A DNA stretch of 64,000 nt, from positions 35,216,001-35,280,000 of the forward strand of contig NW_027361687.1 in assembly GCF_039654945.1 (NCBI RefSeq). The letters run 5' to 3'. Of the stretch, positions 25,930-38,689 are shown in pieces. A model generated the notes under the pieces. That model worked only from the letters and a program-made list of their open reading frames with translations. It had not been told where the DNA came from and ran no database searches. Source of the stretch: Dendrobates tinctorius. Taxonomy: Eukaryota. The translations under genes and the position numbers were made by a program. Within the stretch, counting starts at the first letter, position 1; each line of letters begins with the position of its first letter.

Positions 25930-26220
25930 TAACTCCTGGCAGGCTCCGCCTAGTGACGTCACCGGCGGCCACATCAAGTATGGGCAAAAGGAGGGCACTG
26001 TGCACGCCGTTGCCAGGGAAACGGAAGGTAGAAGAAGCATTAATTACAGAATGGGGACCAAATATATAATGCAAACAGACCTGTCAGGCAACGGTGGCAG
26101 CGGGGTCACGTGACTCGATAGCGCTGGCCCTTTAAGAGACTAGAGCCATCACGTGATGCAACGCAGCGCTGTAATTGGCTGCGCCAGTCGGGCCCTTGGC
26201 TTCCGGTTGTGGGGCGCAGG
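25930..26220. promoter_or_regulatory. Candidate bidirectional promoter for TOMM40L and SLC25A44
   Basis: CpG-rich, between divergent genes. CRE TGACGTCA 25954-25961, RFX X-box GTTGCCAGGGAAAC 26009-26022, ETS CGGAAG, GTCACGTGAC 26105-26114, ATCACGTGAT 26148-26157, ATTGG 26174-26178. Confidence 0.7.
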
Positions 26221-26949
26221 CGAGTGGTGGAGCAAGGTGTCCCCAGGAAGAGAGGGCGGAGGAGCGGCTGCAACTAGTACCGGTGCACACGTGGAGCGAA
26301 GGGAGAGGTACCGCAGCCGGGGGAAGGCCATGAGCCTTTCATGCGCACTACAACCCTCAGCATGTCCTGAGGAGCATGGTATACCTTCCACTGCTGTTGA
26401 GCTACAAGTCCCAGCATGTCCTGTGGAAGCACAGTATCGGCTGTCCTGCTTTAGGACGTTAAGTCCCAACCAGGAGCTCCCAGGACGTGCTGAGACATCA
26501 GGGGTGTTTCTGACTGCTGTATCTAAGCTGTGTCTGTATCTCATCAGGTGATGTGTTTGCAGCCTCTGCCAAGGATGATGGTGCTGCGCCCCCCGGAGGA
26601 CGGTGCCCTGTGAGAGGTAAGCGGGTGTGTGGCCCCTACAGCTGCTGCAGGGTCCGTGGACCTCATACATGACACCACATGATGAGAGCTGTGCAATGAA
26701 CCACATTTCCCACCATCCCAGGAGCCACACCTGAAAAGGTTACCCAGAGTCTGGGGGGGAGGGTGATTGAGAAAGGTGGATCAGATCAGCAGGAGATGGT
26801 GCCTGAGATAACGGGGCAATCGGTGTACACTACTGCATCACTATAGATAATGCCCCTGTGTATAGCTAATTATACACAGGAGACACCCGGGTTATACCGG
26901 AGATTCCCAGGTTACACCAGCTGTACATATATAATTATATACAGAAGAT

Positions 26950-28923
26950 CAGGACCGGGACCAAAAAGCAGCCCTGGCACAAAAAAATTCAGCCCACATA
27001 CAATGAATGTCCTCACTGCACACACATTACACGCTCACGCACTACAGACGCCGCTCACGCACTACAGACGCCGCTCACGCACTACAGACGCCGCTCACGC
27101 ACTACAGACGCCGCTCACGCACTACAGACGCCGCTCACGCACTACACACTCACACTATACAGATACCGCACACACTTTAGATACCGCATACACATTACAC
27201 ACTCACACATTACAGATACCGCACACACACATTACACACTACAGATGCCGCGCACACATTACACACTCACACTATACAGATACCGCACACACACTTCAGA
27301 TACCGCACACACATTACACACACACACTACAGATACCGCACACACATTACACACACACACTACAGATACCGCACACACACTACAGATACCGCACACACAC
27401 TTCAGATGCCGCACACACATTACACACTCACACACTACAGATGCCGCACACACATTACACACTCACACACTACAGATGCCGCACACACATTACACACTCA
27501 CACACATTACACACTACAGATGCCACACACACATTACAGATGCCGCACACACATTACACGCTCACACATTACAGATGCCGCACACACATTACACGCTCAC
27601 ACATTACAGATGCCGCACACACATTACACGCACACACATTACAGATACCGCACACACATTACACGCACACACACACTACAGATGCCGCACACACATTACA
27701 CACTACAGATGCCACACACATTACAGATGCCGCACACACTCACACATTACAGATGCCGCACACACTCACACATTACAGATGCCGCACACACATTACACAC
27801 TCACACATTACAGATGCCGCACACACATTACAGATGCCGCACACACATTACACACACACACATTACAGATGCCGCACACACATTACACACACACACATTA
27901 CAGATGCCGCACACACATTACACACTCACACATTACAGATGCCGCACACACATTACACACTCACACATTACAGATGCCGCACACACATTATACACTCACA
28001 CATTACAGATGCCGCACACACATTACACACTCACACATTACAGATGTCGCACACACATTACACACTCACACATTACAGATGCCGCACACACATTACACAC
28101 TCACACATTACAGATGCCGCACACACATTACACACTCACACATTACAGATGCCGCACACACATTACACACTCACACATTACAGATGCCGCACACACATTA
28201 CACATGCCGCACACACATTACACATGCCGCACACACATTACACATGCCGCACACACATTACACATGCCGCACACACATTACACATGCCGCACACACATTA
28301 CACACTCACACATTACAGATGCCGCACACACATTACACACTCACACATTACAGATGCCGCACACACTACAGATACCGTGCGCGCACACTCTCTCTTCTGT
28401 GGTGCAGAGGAGCCTGATGTCCATATGCAGCTCCTCAGGTTCTAGTGCTCACAGCAGCTCTGTCCCGTCACCTCCCCCGATGCAGATCAGAGCAGAAGAT
28501 GATGTCACCGTGCTGACTTGAGCTGCTTCCCTAGCTCTCCCTGGAAGCACAGCACTCACAGGCAGGTATTACCTTTAATCTTGCGTGCTGCTGGCTCTCT
28601 CCACTGTTCTCTGACGCTGGTACTTTCCAGCGTCAGACAGAGGCATGAGTCCTGTGCGTGCTGCAGCGGCCTTTTCAAACTTCTGACAAGGTCCAGTGTG
28701 CGGCGCGAGCTCTCCTTCTTGCCTGCACTGAGGAGGGCAGCAGTCACGGACGTGGGGTGCACTGACGCCGGCAGATGCGGCCCTTGTCAGCGCATGCAAT
28801 GAGAGGGAGCGCGCACACAGGGCCTAGTCAAAGGTTTTAAAGGGCCGGCGGCCCATTTCCTAGTTGAGAGCCACCGGCCCACCGGGAATCTGCCCGGTTC
28901 GGCATATTACGAATCCGGGCCTG
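26950..28923. mobile_element. Non-autonomous hAT element carrying an expanded CA-rich minisatellite
   Basis: Termini CAGGACCGG / CCGGGCCTG; 8 bp flanks CAGAAGAT / CAGGAGAT (7 of 8). It interrupts a local ...ATATACAGGAGA... repeat. Confidence 0.7.
27020..28385. repeat. CA-rich minisatellite (ACACACATTACAGATGCCGCACACACATTACACACTC)
   Basis: Tandem ~20 and ~36 bp units, the source of the long His/Thr-rich spurious ORFs. Confidence 0.95.
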
Positions 28924-29132
28924 CAGGAGATACCCAGGTTATACCAGCTGTACATATATAATTATATACAGGAGACGCCCGGGTTACACCAGCTGTACAT
29001 ATGTAATTATATACAGGAGGCGACCGGGTTACACCAGCTGTACATATGTAACTATATACAGGAGGCGACCGGGTTATACCAGCTGTATGTTGCTCTCTCG
29101 GCAGGTGGAGGTGACTTCTTCCTCTGGGAGAC

Positions 29133-30474
29133 ATGGAGGACAAGAGGAATATCCAGATCATAGAGTGGGAGCATCTGGACAAGAAGAAGTTCTATGTGTT
29201 CGGGGTGTGTATGACCATGATGATCCGGGTCAGCGTTTACCCCTTCACTCTGATCCGGACACGTCTTCAGGTCCAGAAGGGGAAGAGTCTGTACAATGGA
29301 ACGTTTGACGCCTTTGTGAAGATCCTGCGGTCAGAAGGTGCGGCTGGACTTTACCGTGGATTTTTGGTGAATACCTTCACCCTGATCTCCGGCCAGTGCT
29401 ACGTCACCACCTACGAACTGACCCGCAAATACGTCTCGCAGTACAGCAGCAGCAACACTGTGAAGTCGCTGGTGGCGGGAGGCTCCGCATCACTGGTAGC
29501 CCAGAGCATCACTGTGCCCATCGACGTTATTTCCCAGCACCTCATGATGCAGCGGGTGGGTGAGAGTATGGGCCGATTCCGTGTACAAGCCAACGACCGG
29601 AAACGAGCCGTGATGTTCGGACAGACCAAGGACATCATCCTGCAAATCTTCAAGGCTGATGGTCTGAAAGGCTTTTACCGAGGATATGTGGCCTCGCTGC
29701 TCACCTACATCCCCAACAGCGCCGTCTGGTGGCCATTCTATCACTTCTACGCAGGTAGGTCCTAAGTACACGCTAGAGAGCAGAGGTGACATCACAGAGA
29801 ATACCACCTATCTAGTCACCAGAGATGTTGGGAGAAGGTGCTGCCCGTGCTCCTGATGTTGATTCTTGTTGTCGCTCTTCTAGAACAACTGTCCCGCTTG
29901 ACGCCCCAGGACTGTCCTCACCTCTTGCTTCAGGCCATCTCCGGCCCACTGGCTGCAGCCACAGCATCGACCATCACTAACCCGATGGACGTCATAAGAG
30001 CCCGTGTGCAGGTAAAGACATGGCAGGAAATGGACTAGTTGGGAGAAGCTTAGTTACTTTGCAGCTAGTAAACAACCTAGCCCCATCCAGCGTATATGGG
30101 AGTTTAGTCTGCTGCTATCGCAATCCTGTCCTCCACTCCTATCCAGAGCTGATGGTCAGATCTTTCTTGCATCACCAGGAGAGGCCACAATGCCCCCAAT
30201 ATTGAACCTTGGGAGCAGAATTACAGTAATTGTTTTCTTCTATGTTTGTACTGGAATATAATCTTTCACTTTTTTATTGCAGGTGGAAGGGAAAAGCTCA
30301 ATTATTAACACGTTTCGGCAGCTCATGGTTGAGGAGGGACCCTGGGGTCTGACCAAAGGCCTCTCCGCTCGGATTATTTCATCCACCCCATCCACCATTG
30401 TTATAGTGGTAGGCTATGAGACTCTGAAGAAGCTGAGCCTCCGCCCGGAGCTGGTGGACTCCAGACACTGGTGA
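29133..30474 (+). CDS. SLC25A44: Mitochondrial carrier SLC25A44 (branched-chain amino acid carrier), 3 coding exons, 313 aa
   Basis: Exons 29133-29754, 29884-30011, 30283-30474 (942 nt, GT-AG). MEDKRNIQIIEWEHLDKKKFYVFG...; carrier signature motifs PFTLIRTR, PIDVISQH, PMDVIRAR; ends LRPELVDSRHW*. Acceptor at 29104 upstream of the ATG; AATAAA at ~31284 and ~31307. Confidence 0.97.
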
Positions 30475-31484
30475 CTGTACCTCTATAGTGGTGGTACTAC
30501 GTCTATATATGTGGGTGATGCACCCAAGACAGTGGAGAACACGACAAAGGACTTACGATTTCACTGGAAAGTACACAACGTGTGTATATATTTATTTTGT
30601 GTAATGTGCACATGGACCGTATCTTATAACGTCAGGACCGGCTGCCGTCTTATCAAGAAAACCACTTCACTGGTGCTCCTTGTGGTTCCACCGGGAATTT
30701 GACATCAGTGTGGATTTTTCTCCAATTTGACCACCAAGATGATTTTGTGGGAACACGCGACGGCCTTCTCTTTATTCCTTTTATGTTTTTAGAACAACCT
30801 GGAGTCTTTTATACCGAGCGCTACACGACTGATATTTTATTTTTATGATTGCCAAATCCGGGGGCGAGTTTACACATGGTAGAACGATGAGGCCTTGTCA
30901 TTCACTGGATGAAAATATTTTTTTATGGTGGCTTTTTCTTTTTTAATGTTTTGCCTTTTTTGTTTTTAGTTTATTCTGTATTTGTCTTTTCATTTGTCTT
31001 TTTCTTCCCCTTCTCCGTGCAGTGGTTAATGATTATCCCCTCGTCCTGAATGTGGTGCAGGTTATTAAACTTAAGTTTGGTCAGATGATGACAGAGGGAT
31101 TGATGAGGTCCGATCTGCTCCTGTATGACCTCTTGTATTTGTACCTACGTGTGTATACAGCCGGTCTAGATCCTACTAACGATAGTGGGGATGTGGATTT
31201 TGCTGTTTCCCTATAGGTGATGACTTCCAAGGAAATAACCTGTTTTATCAATTGACCCTTTTCTTATCTTTTTTGTTCTGTTAAATAAATCCCTTCCCTT
31301 TTGGATAATAAATGTCAAATTAAGAAAGCTAAAATAAAAGTATATTTTGGGGTAGGGTTGGGCTCCACCTTAGGCAGCAGAGGTCCTTTGGGTTACTGCT
31401 TGCAGTCTCTCTGAATCGCAGAGATGGGTAACCTGTTAAAGATTTCAGAGTTTGGGGACAAGTCATCACCTCGATTCTCAAATC

Positions 31485-33162
31485 CAGGGCTGCCACTAGG
31501 AATTTCGGGGCCCCCTTGAGACTCCGCCCAGGCTCCACCCAGTCCCGCCTCCACCCCTCAAACTGTCCACAGTCCCACCGCTCTCTCTTGGAAAAACTCC
31601 ACTTATCACACATTAACAGTTCCCATCACCAGATCACACATATAGTCGACAGCTTTTGCTTTGGACAAATATTTTTTTTTAAGTTGCCACCATAACAGGG
31701 TAGACACTTTTGGCCAGGCCCTACTCTACTGTAACCTATTAAATATTTATTAAAATATGCAATACGCTTTAGGTATATTTTTATTTATTTTTCAATTTTT
31801 AAAATGACCAATAATATCACATACAAGGAACAAATACCGCTATACCATGTCCAGACCGCATATTACCACCACATAGTGACCTATAATACCACATACAAGG
31901 AACAAATACCGCCACACCATGACCAGACCACATATTACTACCATAGTGACCGAATAATATCACATACACGGAACAAATACCACCGCACCATGACCAGACC
32001 ACATATTACCACCAGATGGTGACTGAATACTACAATACTGATCATTAATAAAAAAAAAAAACAATACTATCACCATAAGTGGCATTATACACAGGAGATC
32101 TGTATTTAGTATGCAGCGTCTGTGTACAGGTAATATATTGATCAATGACATTATACACAGGAGCTCTGTATATATTGTACAGGTAACAGTGATCACTGGT
32201 GACATTATACACAGGACCTCTGTATATATAGTATACAGTGTATAGTGTCAGTGTACAGGCAACACACTAACTCATCACCAGTGATGTCTCTAGGTGAAGT
32301 CCTTCATCCTTGCTTTTCATTCATCCAGCACAGATCGCCATCACGTCTTTCAGCCAGGACTCGTCTTTCAGCCAGGACTCGTCTCTGCAGGAAATAACAC
32401 GGTTAGCTAGAGCTCCGCTTGCAGAACACATTTTTTCCCAACATCTACATTACACCACATGAAGAAAAAAAGGCGACAGTGTCGCTCTGCACAGTAACAG
32501 GACCGCCCTCCCCCCCCCCCCCCCCATTTAAAACAGTATTCTCAAAAAAATAAATACATCACTGCAGTAATAATATCCCTTAATTAGCCCCTATGGTAAT
32601 AATATCCCCCATCCTGACCCCTGTGTGTCTCATTCCCGGCTTTAGCCATATGTTCTCCCATCCCGTCCTCATGAGTATCCATTGTGCCCCCATATGATAT
32701 CCATCCTGCCCCATGATCCTGTGCGCTCTGTCTCCAATCATGCCCCGTATCTCCATTCTGCCCCCATGTTCAGCACTGCCCCCGGGCCCCCTGGATCGCC
32801 GCTGTCAAAAAAAAAAAAAAAAAAAGTTCTTACCTGGCTGCGGTCCAGCGGCGGCCAATTCTCCCTCCGTCCCTCCACGCTGCAGCGCGCTCTAGCCGGC
32901 GACTGACACTGACGTCAGACGCCGGCGAGGTGCGTGCTACGGCTGACGTCAGCTGCCAGCCTCCAATTGGCTGGCAGCTGTTAACTATGGACGTGCGGGC
33001 CGCCGGGCCCGCATGTCAATAGCGTTTAGCTGCCGCCAGCAGCGCCGCTAGCCAGGTTCCGGTTTACCTGCCGGTAGGGGCCCGGTGAGAGGAGACCGGG
33101 CCCCCTCTGCCCGCCGGGCCCCATACGCCAGTCAGGGCAGTAATGCCCTGATGGCGGCCCTG
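31485..33162. mobile_element. Non-autonomous hAT element, 1678 bp
   Basis: TIRs CAGGGCTGCCA / TGGCGGCCCTG and a perfect 8 bp TSD CTCAAATC (31477-31484 and 33163-33170). Internal short tandem repeats, no transposase. Confidence 0.9.
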
Positions 33163-33639
33163 CTCAAATCACTCGTCTTCCATAATTGGGGGGGGTGGAA
33201 AACTGCCCCATCACTGTGCCTCTGCCAGCCAGTGTCTTAATCAGGTAAGGGACTCTCACGTCCAAGCGTCCTTTTGTGTATTTTGAATCTTGTGGAAAAT
33301 ATAGTTCTGGACTTCTTGTATAAGACAGACGGCTTTTGGAAAACGATTCCTCTGAGCCAGCTTATCCATAACTCTGTACACCAGTTCTGATCATCCAGTG
33401 TTCTTAGTGATGAACAAGACAGCATGGTCACTCGAACCAATGTGTGGTATCACAGGCTGCATGTCTTGACATCTTTCCAGTTGACTTCTTCAATAATTTG
33501 GGGTACAGTCACTTTACTGACAGGCTGCCATCCTTCCCTATGTGCTGAGAGTGGGTTTCGGCAGCCATGAGACAATTCAGCAAATGCCCAGACTTGAGCA
33601 ATTTTTAGAACAAACCTAGCAAAATACAAAAGGTGATAA

Positions 33640-34215
33640 TCTCCCTGCGGACTCCGACCATCTACTGGAAACTCCACTCAGGAGATGGCCAGAAAGGCCC
33701 TGCAGGCTCCAACCATCTACAGGAGACAACCATATTCTGCAAACTCCCTTCAAGAGATGACCATCTACTGGAAACTCCCAGCAGGACACAACCATCTACC
33801 GGAAAGGCCCCTCAAGAGATGACTATATACTAGACACTTCCCATGGGAGATGATCATCTGACGGAAACTCCCTGAGGGGAAAAAAACATCTAACAAACTT
33901 CCAGCGGTACCCGACCATCTACCGGAATGGCCCCTCGAGATGACCAGCTACAGTAAACTCTGAGGGGAAGACCATGAACTGGAAACTCCCTGCGGGAGAC
34001 AACCACTTACCGGAAACTCCCAGCGGGACATGACCATCTACCGGAAACTGTCAGGGGAACACGACCATCTATCGGAAATGCCCCTCAAGAGATGACTGTC
34101 TACTGGAAAACTTCCCATGGGAGACGATCATCCGCCGGAAACTCCCCGAGAGGAAGACCCTCTACAGGAAACTGCCAGCGGGACACGACCATCTACCGGA
34201 AAGGCCCCTTGTGAG
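33640..34215. repeat. Diverged ~30-31 bp tandem array (core GACCATCTACCGGAAACTCCC), block 1
   Basis: The core recurs every ~30-31 bp with variable linkers; the same family occurs at 42395-43550. Confidence 0.85.
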
Positions 34216-35005
34216 GGACGAGGGAGACTCCATATTGGATTTATTAGTTCAGGCCCAATATATTGTCCAGAGATCTCCCTCCACTCCTGAAGTGGCCCCC
34301 TCATCCTTGGGAAAAGTACACAGATCCCCACAAGAACAGAACTTTGCCATTTGGCCAGAGAATTAGAGGCCACATGTTAATGAAGACGATGAGCAGAGCT
34401 AGGACCCCCTTCTTTCTTTTTTGCAAGGCGGACAAAATTAATTAGCTATCAAGGGAAAACTGCAGACACTTGGGCACCGACACCCAGAGATGAATTATGG
34501 GAGTACCATGACTCTCAGGGTTAAGTCCAATATACCACCAGAACCCTGCGAGCCCTCTGCAACGCACCCCTCCATATCATATTTCTCTAGTGGTCCCGAA
34601 TACCGAGCTATTGAGACTGGCTCTCCAAAACCACTTAGCCGACCCAAGTTTGGACTCTCCATATCGGTCCAGCCCCAACAAACCAGTCGAAACGTCAGTT
34701 GTCCCGTTTGGACCTCCCATTAGGAAGTTATGACCCATCCTAGATATTGGGAATTATTTCACCTAGGAGGTCAAGGAAGAATTCAGTCCAAACCAGAGGG
34801 GCGGTGTCAAATATGGGAGGGGGCGAACTAGGGGTTAAAAGCACATTTAGCAGCTGTCTTTGTTCTGCCATGGAAGGCACGTCTACTTGGGGTTGGTTTC
34901 TGACCCAATATAAACTTGTTAACGTACCGGTCTTATATCTAAGAGGAACTGGTGGCATCATACAGTTCTGGTGTTATTGGGGGATCCTGGCAGTGATGGA
35001 CTGGA

Positions 35006-35009
<4 letters not shown>

Positions 35010-35086
<77 letters not shown>
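35010..35086. repeat. (TA)n microsatellite
   Basis: About 38 uninterrupted TA units. Confidence 0.98.
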
Positions 35087-35088
<2 letters not shown>

Positions 35089-35804
35089 CTGGTCTGGGAC
35101 TGGTGATATATATACCGCCCTCATTGCAGAGTGCTGCGATAACCAGTACGTGACAGGCAGCCTCTCCGGCGACTACTTATCCTAGGTTCAGTTCCCTGCC
35201 TGACCTGAGGGTAAAGGAGGCGCCAGAGAGCTGCGACTGTAAGCTCCGTCACAGATTGATGACGGCGGGGTGATCTCTGTATCCCCCGGCTCTTGTGTGT
35301 TTTCCTTACAAGTGGTGGCACAGCAGTAGGAACGAGATAATATGGTGTGTGTGGGACCCCTACTCCCAGACACTAAAGACTACCAGCGGTAGCTTTTGCT
35401 GCTGGGGTCTTAAGATCATCCCAGCACTAGACTGTCAGAGTGCAAAAAAATAGGTATTAGACCTACCGGTAATGATGTTTCCAGGAGTCCATCCTGACAG
35501 CACCATGGAGGACGTCCTCCTCCTCCTTACAGGGACAGGAAAGCACACGAGAGGTTAAAAGGCCCCGTCCCACCCCTTTCCCTCAGTGACTTAACAAGTA
35601 CCACAGCGTGGATAATGCTATAACTCTTTTAATGGTATCATCATATTACATCATATGACATAACTTAACATAACAACCTATCCGGGAGGGAACTACCCAT
35701 GCTGTCAGGATGGACTCCTGGAAACATCATTACCGGTAGGTCTAATACCTATTTTCCAGGTAGTCCACCTGACAGCACCATGGAGAGTACCAAAGCACCT
35801 CCTC

Positions 35805-37227
35805 AGGGTGGGATCATCGCCTGGAGAACTTTTCTTCCAAATGCGGTATGTTGGCCTGATAGCACGTCAAGTTTGTAGTGCTTGCAAAATGTATTCAGGC
35901 TGGCCCAAGTTGCCGCTCTACAAATCTGCTCGACTGAGGCACCTGCACGCTCGGCCCAGGAGGCTGAAACTGCCCTAGTAGAGTGGGCCCTTAAGGTATC
36001 TGGTGGGTTGGCGCCTTCCGACTGGTAGGCGTCTGAAATTACTGATGTGATCCATCTTGCGATGGACGCCTGAGAGGCTTTTCTCCCCCTATTTTTACCC
36101 CCGAAGAGGATGAACAGGTTTCAGTCAATACGCCAGTCATTGGTGGCCTCTAGATAGCTTATAACTGCCCGTCTTACGTCTAGGGAGTGGAGACGCTGTT
36201 CTTTCTCATTGCGGGGATTGCTGCAGAAGGATGGTAGCACTATCTCCTGATTTATATTCTGGTAAGAGGCTACCTTGGGGATAAAAGCCGGATCTAATCT
36301 TAAGGTTATATGATCGTCTCTGATCTGGAGATATGGATCCTTGGTGGACAGGGCCTGGATCTCCCCTATTCTTTTGGCCGTGGTGATGGCTACAAGGAAA
36401 GCCGTCTTCCGAGAGAGAGTCGAAATGGACATTCTATCACTAGGCATGTAGGTCTCCCTACATAAAGAGCTGAGTACCAGGCCGAGGTCCCAGGGCGGGG
36501 TGAGCTGCCTAATTGTGGGGCGAAGACGCTGCGTGGCCTTTATGAATCTTACCACGCAAGGATGGGAGGCTAAAGGGTAGTCGAAGGCGCTCAAAGCCGA
36601 GATCTGGACCTTTAACGTGCTGGGTTTAAGCCCCTTATTATATCCCGACTGCAGAAAGTCTAGGACACTAGGGAGGTCAGGGGTACCTGCCGAGAGGTCG
36701 GACCTGCCACCTTCCAGGCAGAATCTCTTCCATATTTTTCTGTAGATTGCGGATGTTACCGGTTTCCTGCTAGCCAGTAGAGTGGATATGACCTGCTCGG
36801 ATAAGCCCTTTGCTCTCAGGATGTCCCTTTCAGGATCCATGCCGAGAGGCGTAGCCTTGCTGGGTCTGGATGGCAAATCGGCCCCTGGTGGATAACATCT
36901 CCCTTCAGGGGTAGCTCGACTCGGTTTCCTACTGCCATGGCTCCTAGCAGCGGAAACCAGCTTCTCTTTGGCCAGTATGGCACTATTAATATCACCGACG
37001 CGTGGTCCTCGCAGATCTTCCTGAGTACCGCCGGTATCAGCGCCAGTGGTGGGAATGCATACAAGAGGGTTTCCGTCCAGGCCTGGCTCAGGGCATCTAC
37101 TCCGTCCGGGTGGTCTGCTGGGTTCAAGGAGTAGAATCTGGCGACCTTTGAGTTCTTCCGGGTTTGCAAACAGGTCTATACTGGGGTCCCCCAACGCTGA
37201 TGGAAGATTTCTTCGTTTAGTTCCCAC
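35805..37227 (-). pseudogene. DIRS-A tyrosine recombinase (frameshift near 36120)
   Basis: ORF 36121-37227 carries AITTAKRIGEI and HSLDVRRA; another frame continues with AHSTRAVSASWA...TFCKHY. Confidence 0.85.
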
Positions 37228-38672
37228 TCTGTCGGGCTGACCCGCTGTCTGCTTAGATAGTCTGGTACTACGTTCTGAGAACCCGCTAGGTGGATTGCCG
37301 TTATGGAGAGGACCACCTCTTCTGCCCAGGTGAATATTCGTCCTGCGAGTGCCTGGAGTGGTCGATGTCTCGGACCTCCCTGGTGCTTCAGGAATGAGAC
37401 TGCCATTGTGTTGTCAGACAATAGCCGGACATGTCGATTTCTCACTACCGACCGGTTCTGACGCAGGGCTTCCCAGACCGCATAGAGCTCCCTGAAGTTG
37501 GAGGATCTGCTTCTGATGCTGACCGGCCATCTTCCCTGAAAAATTCTCCCTTCTACGTGGGCTCCCCATCCCCACGTACTGGCGTCTGTGGTGATTACCA
37601 CGTACGGCGAGGTTGTCCATAGCACACCCACCTGTAAGTTCTGGGGCTGTATCCACCACCGCAGGGATCTTCTTACCGTGTCTGGTAAGGATATGGGCCC
37701 GTCGAGAGAATCCTGACGCCTGTTCCATCCTGCGAGGATTTCCTTTTGCAGGGGCCTCGAATGGGACTGGGCCCATCTGATGCATGGAATGCAAGCCGTC
37801 ATCAGACCCAGAACTTCCATTGCACCTCTTATGGAGGAGCGATGTCTCAGTAGTCCCTTGACTCTGTCTTGAATTGTCTGCTGCTTTTTTCTCGGTAGCC
37901 AGGATATTCTGTCTCTTGAATCCAGAAGGACTCCCAGGAAGATCTTCCTGCTTTCTGGCTTTAGGTCTGACTTCTGGTCGTTGATCAGCCAGCCGAGATA
38001 CTCCAGTGTTCTGATCGTTTGGCTCATGTCCTGAATGAGCCTTTCTTCTGATCCTGCGACTAGGAGAAAGTCGTCTAGATACGGTATTATAATGACTCCC
38101 TGCTTTCTCAGGTAGGCTACCACCTCCGCTACCAGCTTTGTAAATATTCGGGGGGCCGAAGCCAGCCCGAACGGAAGGCACTGGAAGTGGCAGGTCCGGG
38201 ATGGTAGACTGATTGCGAATCTTAATAAGCTTTGAGATGAGGGATGGATGGGGACCTGATAGTATGCACTCTTCAGGTCCAGAGTACACATGACGGCATT
38301 CCTGTCTATAAGTTGAATCGCTGAGCGTATTGTTTCCATTCTAAACCTTTTGTATACCACCCAGGCATTTAGGGGTTTTAAGTTTATGATTGTTCTGGCC
38401 TCGCCAGATGGTTTTGTAATGGAGAATAGGGAAGAGTAATGACCTTTTCCCCTCTCCTGCTGCGGAACTGGCACTAAGACCTCTGACCTGAGCAGGTCCT
38501 GTAGATCTGCCCACATGGTAGAGTCTTCCGGGACTACGGGGGGGGCGATGTATCTGTCGGGGGGAGGGGAATAACATTCTATGCTGTACCCTTCTGTGAT
38601 GGTTCTGAGGACCCACCGGTTCTGGGTTACCTGGCGCCACCTTGCTGCGAATCGCAGTCTTCCCCCCGACAC
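36816..38672 (-). pseudogene. DIRS-A pol: reverse transcriptase, RNase H and methyltransferase-like domain (frameshift near 37175)
   Basis: LDLKSAYYQVPI, LPFGLASAPRIF, PYLDD, TTDASTWGWG, LLSDN, then VDALSQAW...YAFPP...PYWPKRSW. Confidence 0.88.
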
Positions 38673-38689
38673 CTATGGCGTCATTGCCT

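Noticed and set aside
26850-28521. Long His/Thr-rich ORFs (531, 390 and 371 aa)
   Set aside because: Open in all three frames because the CA-rich minisatellite lacks stop codons.
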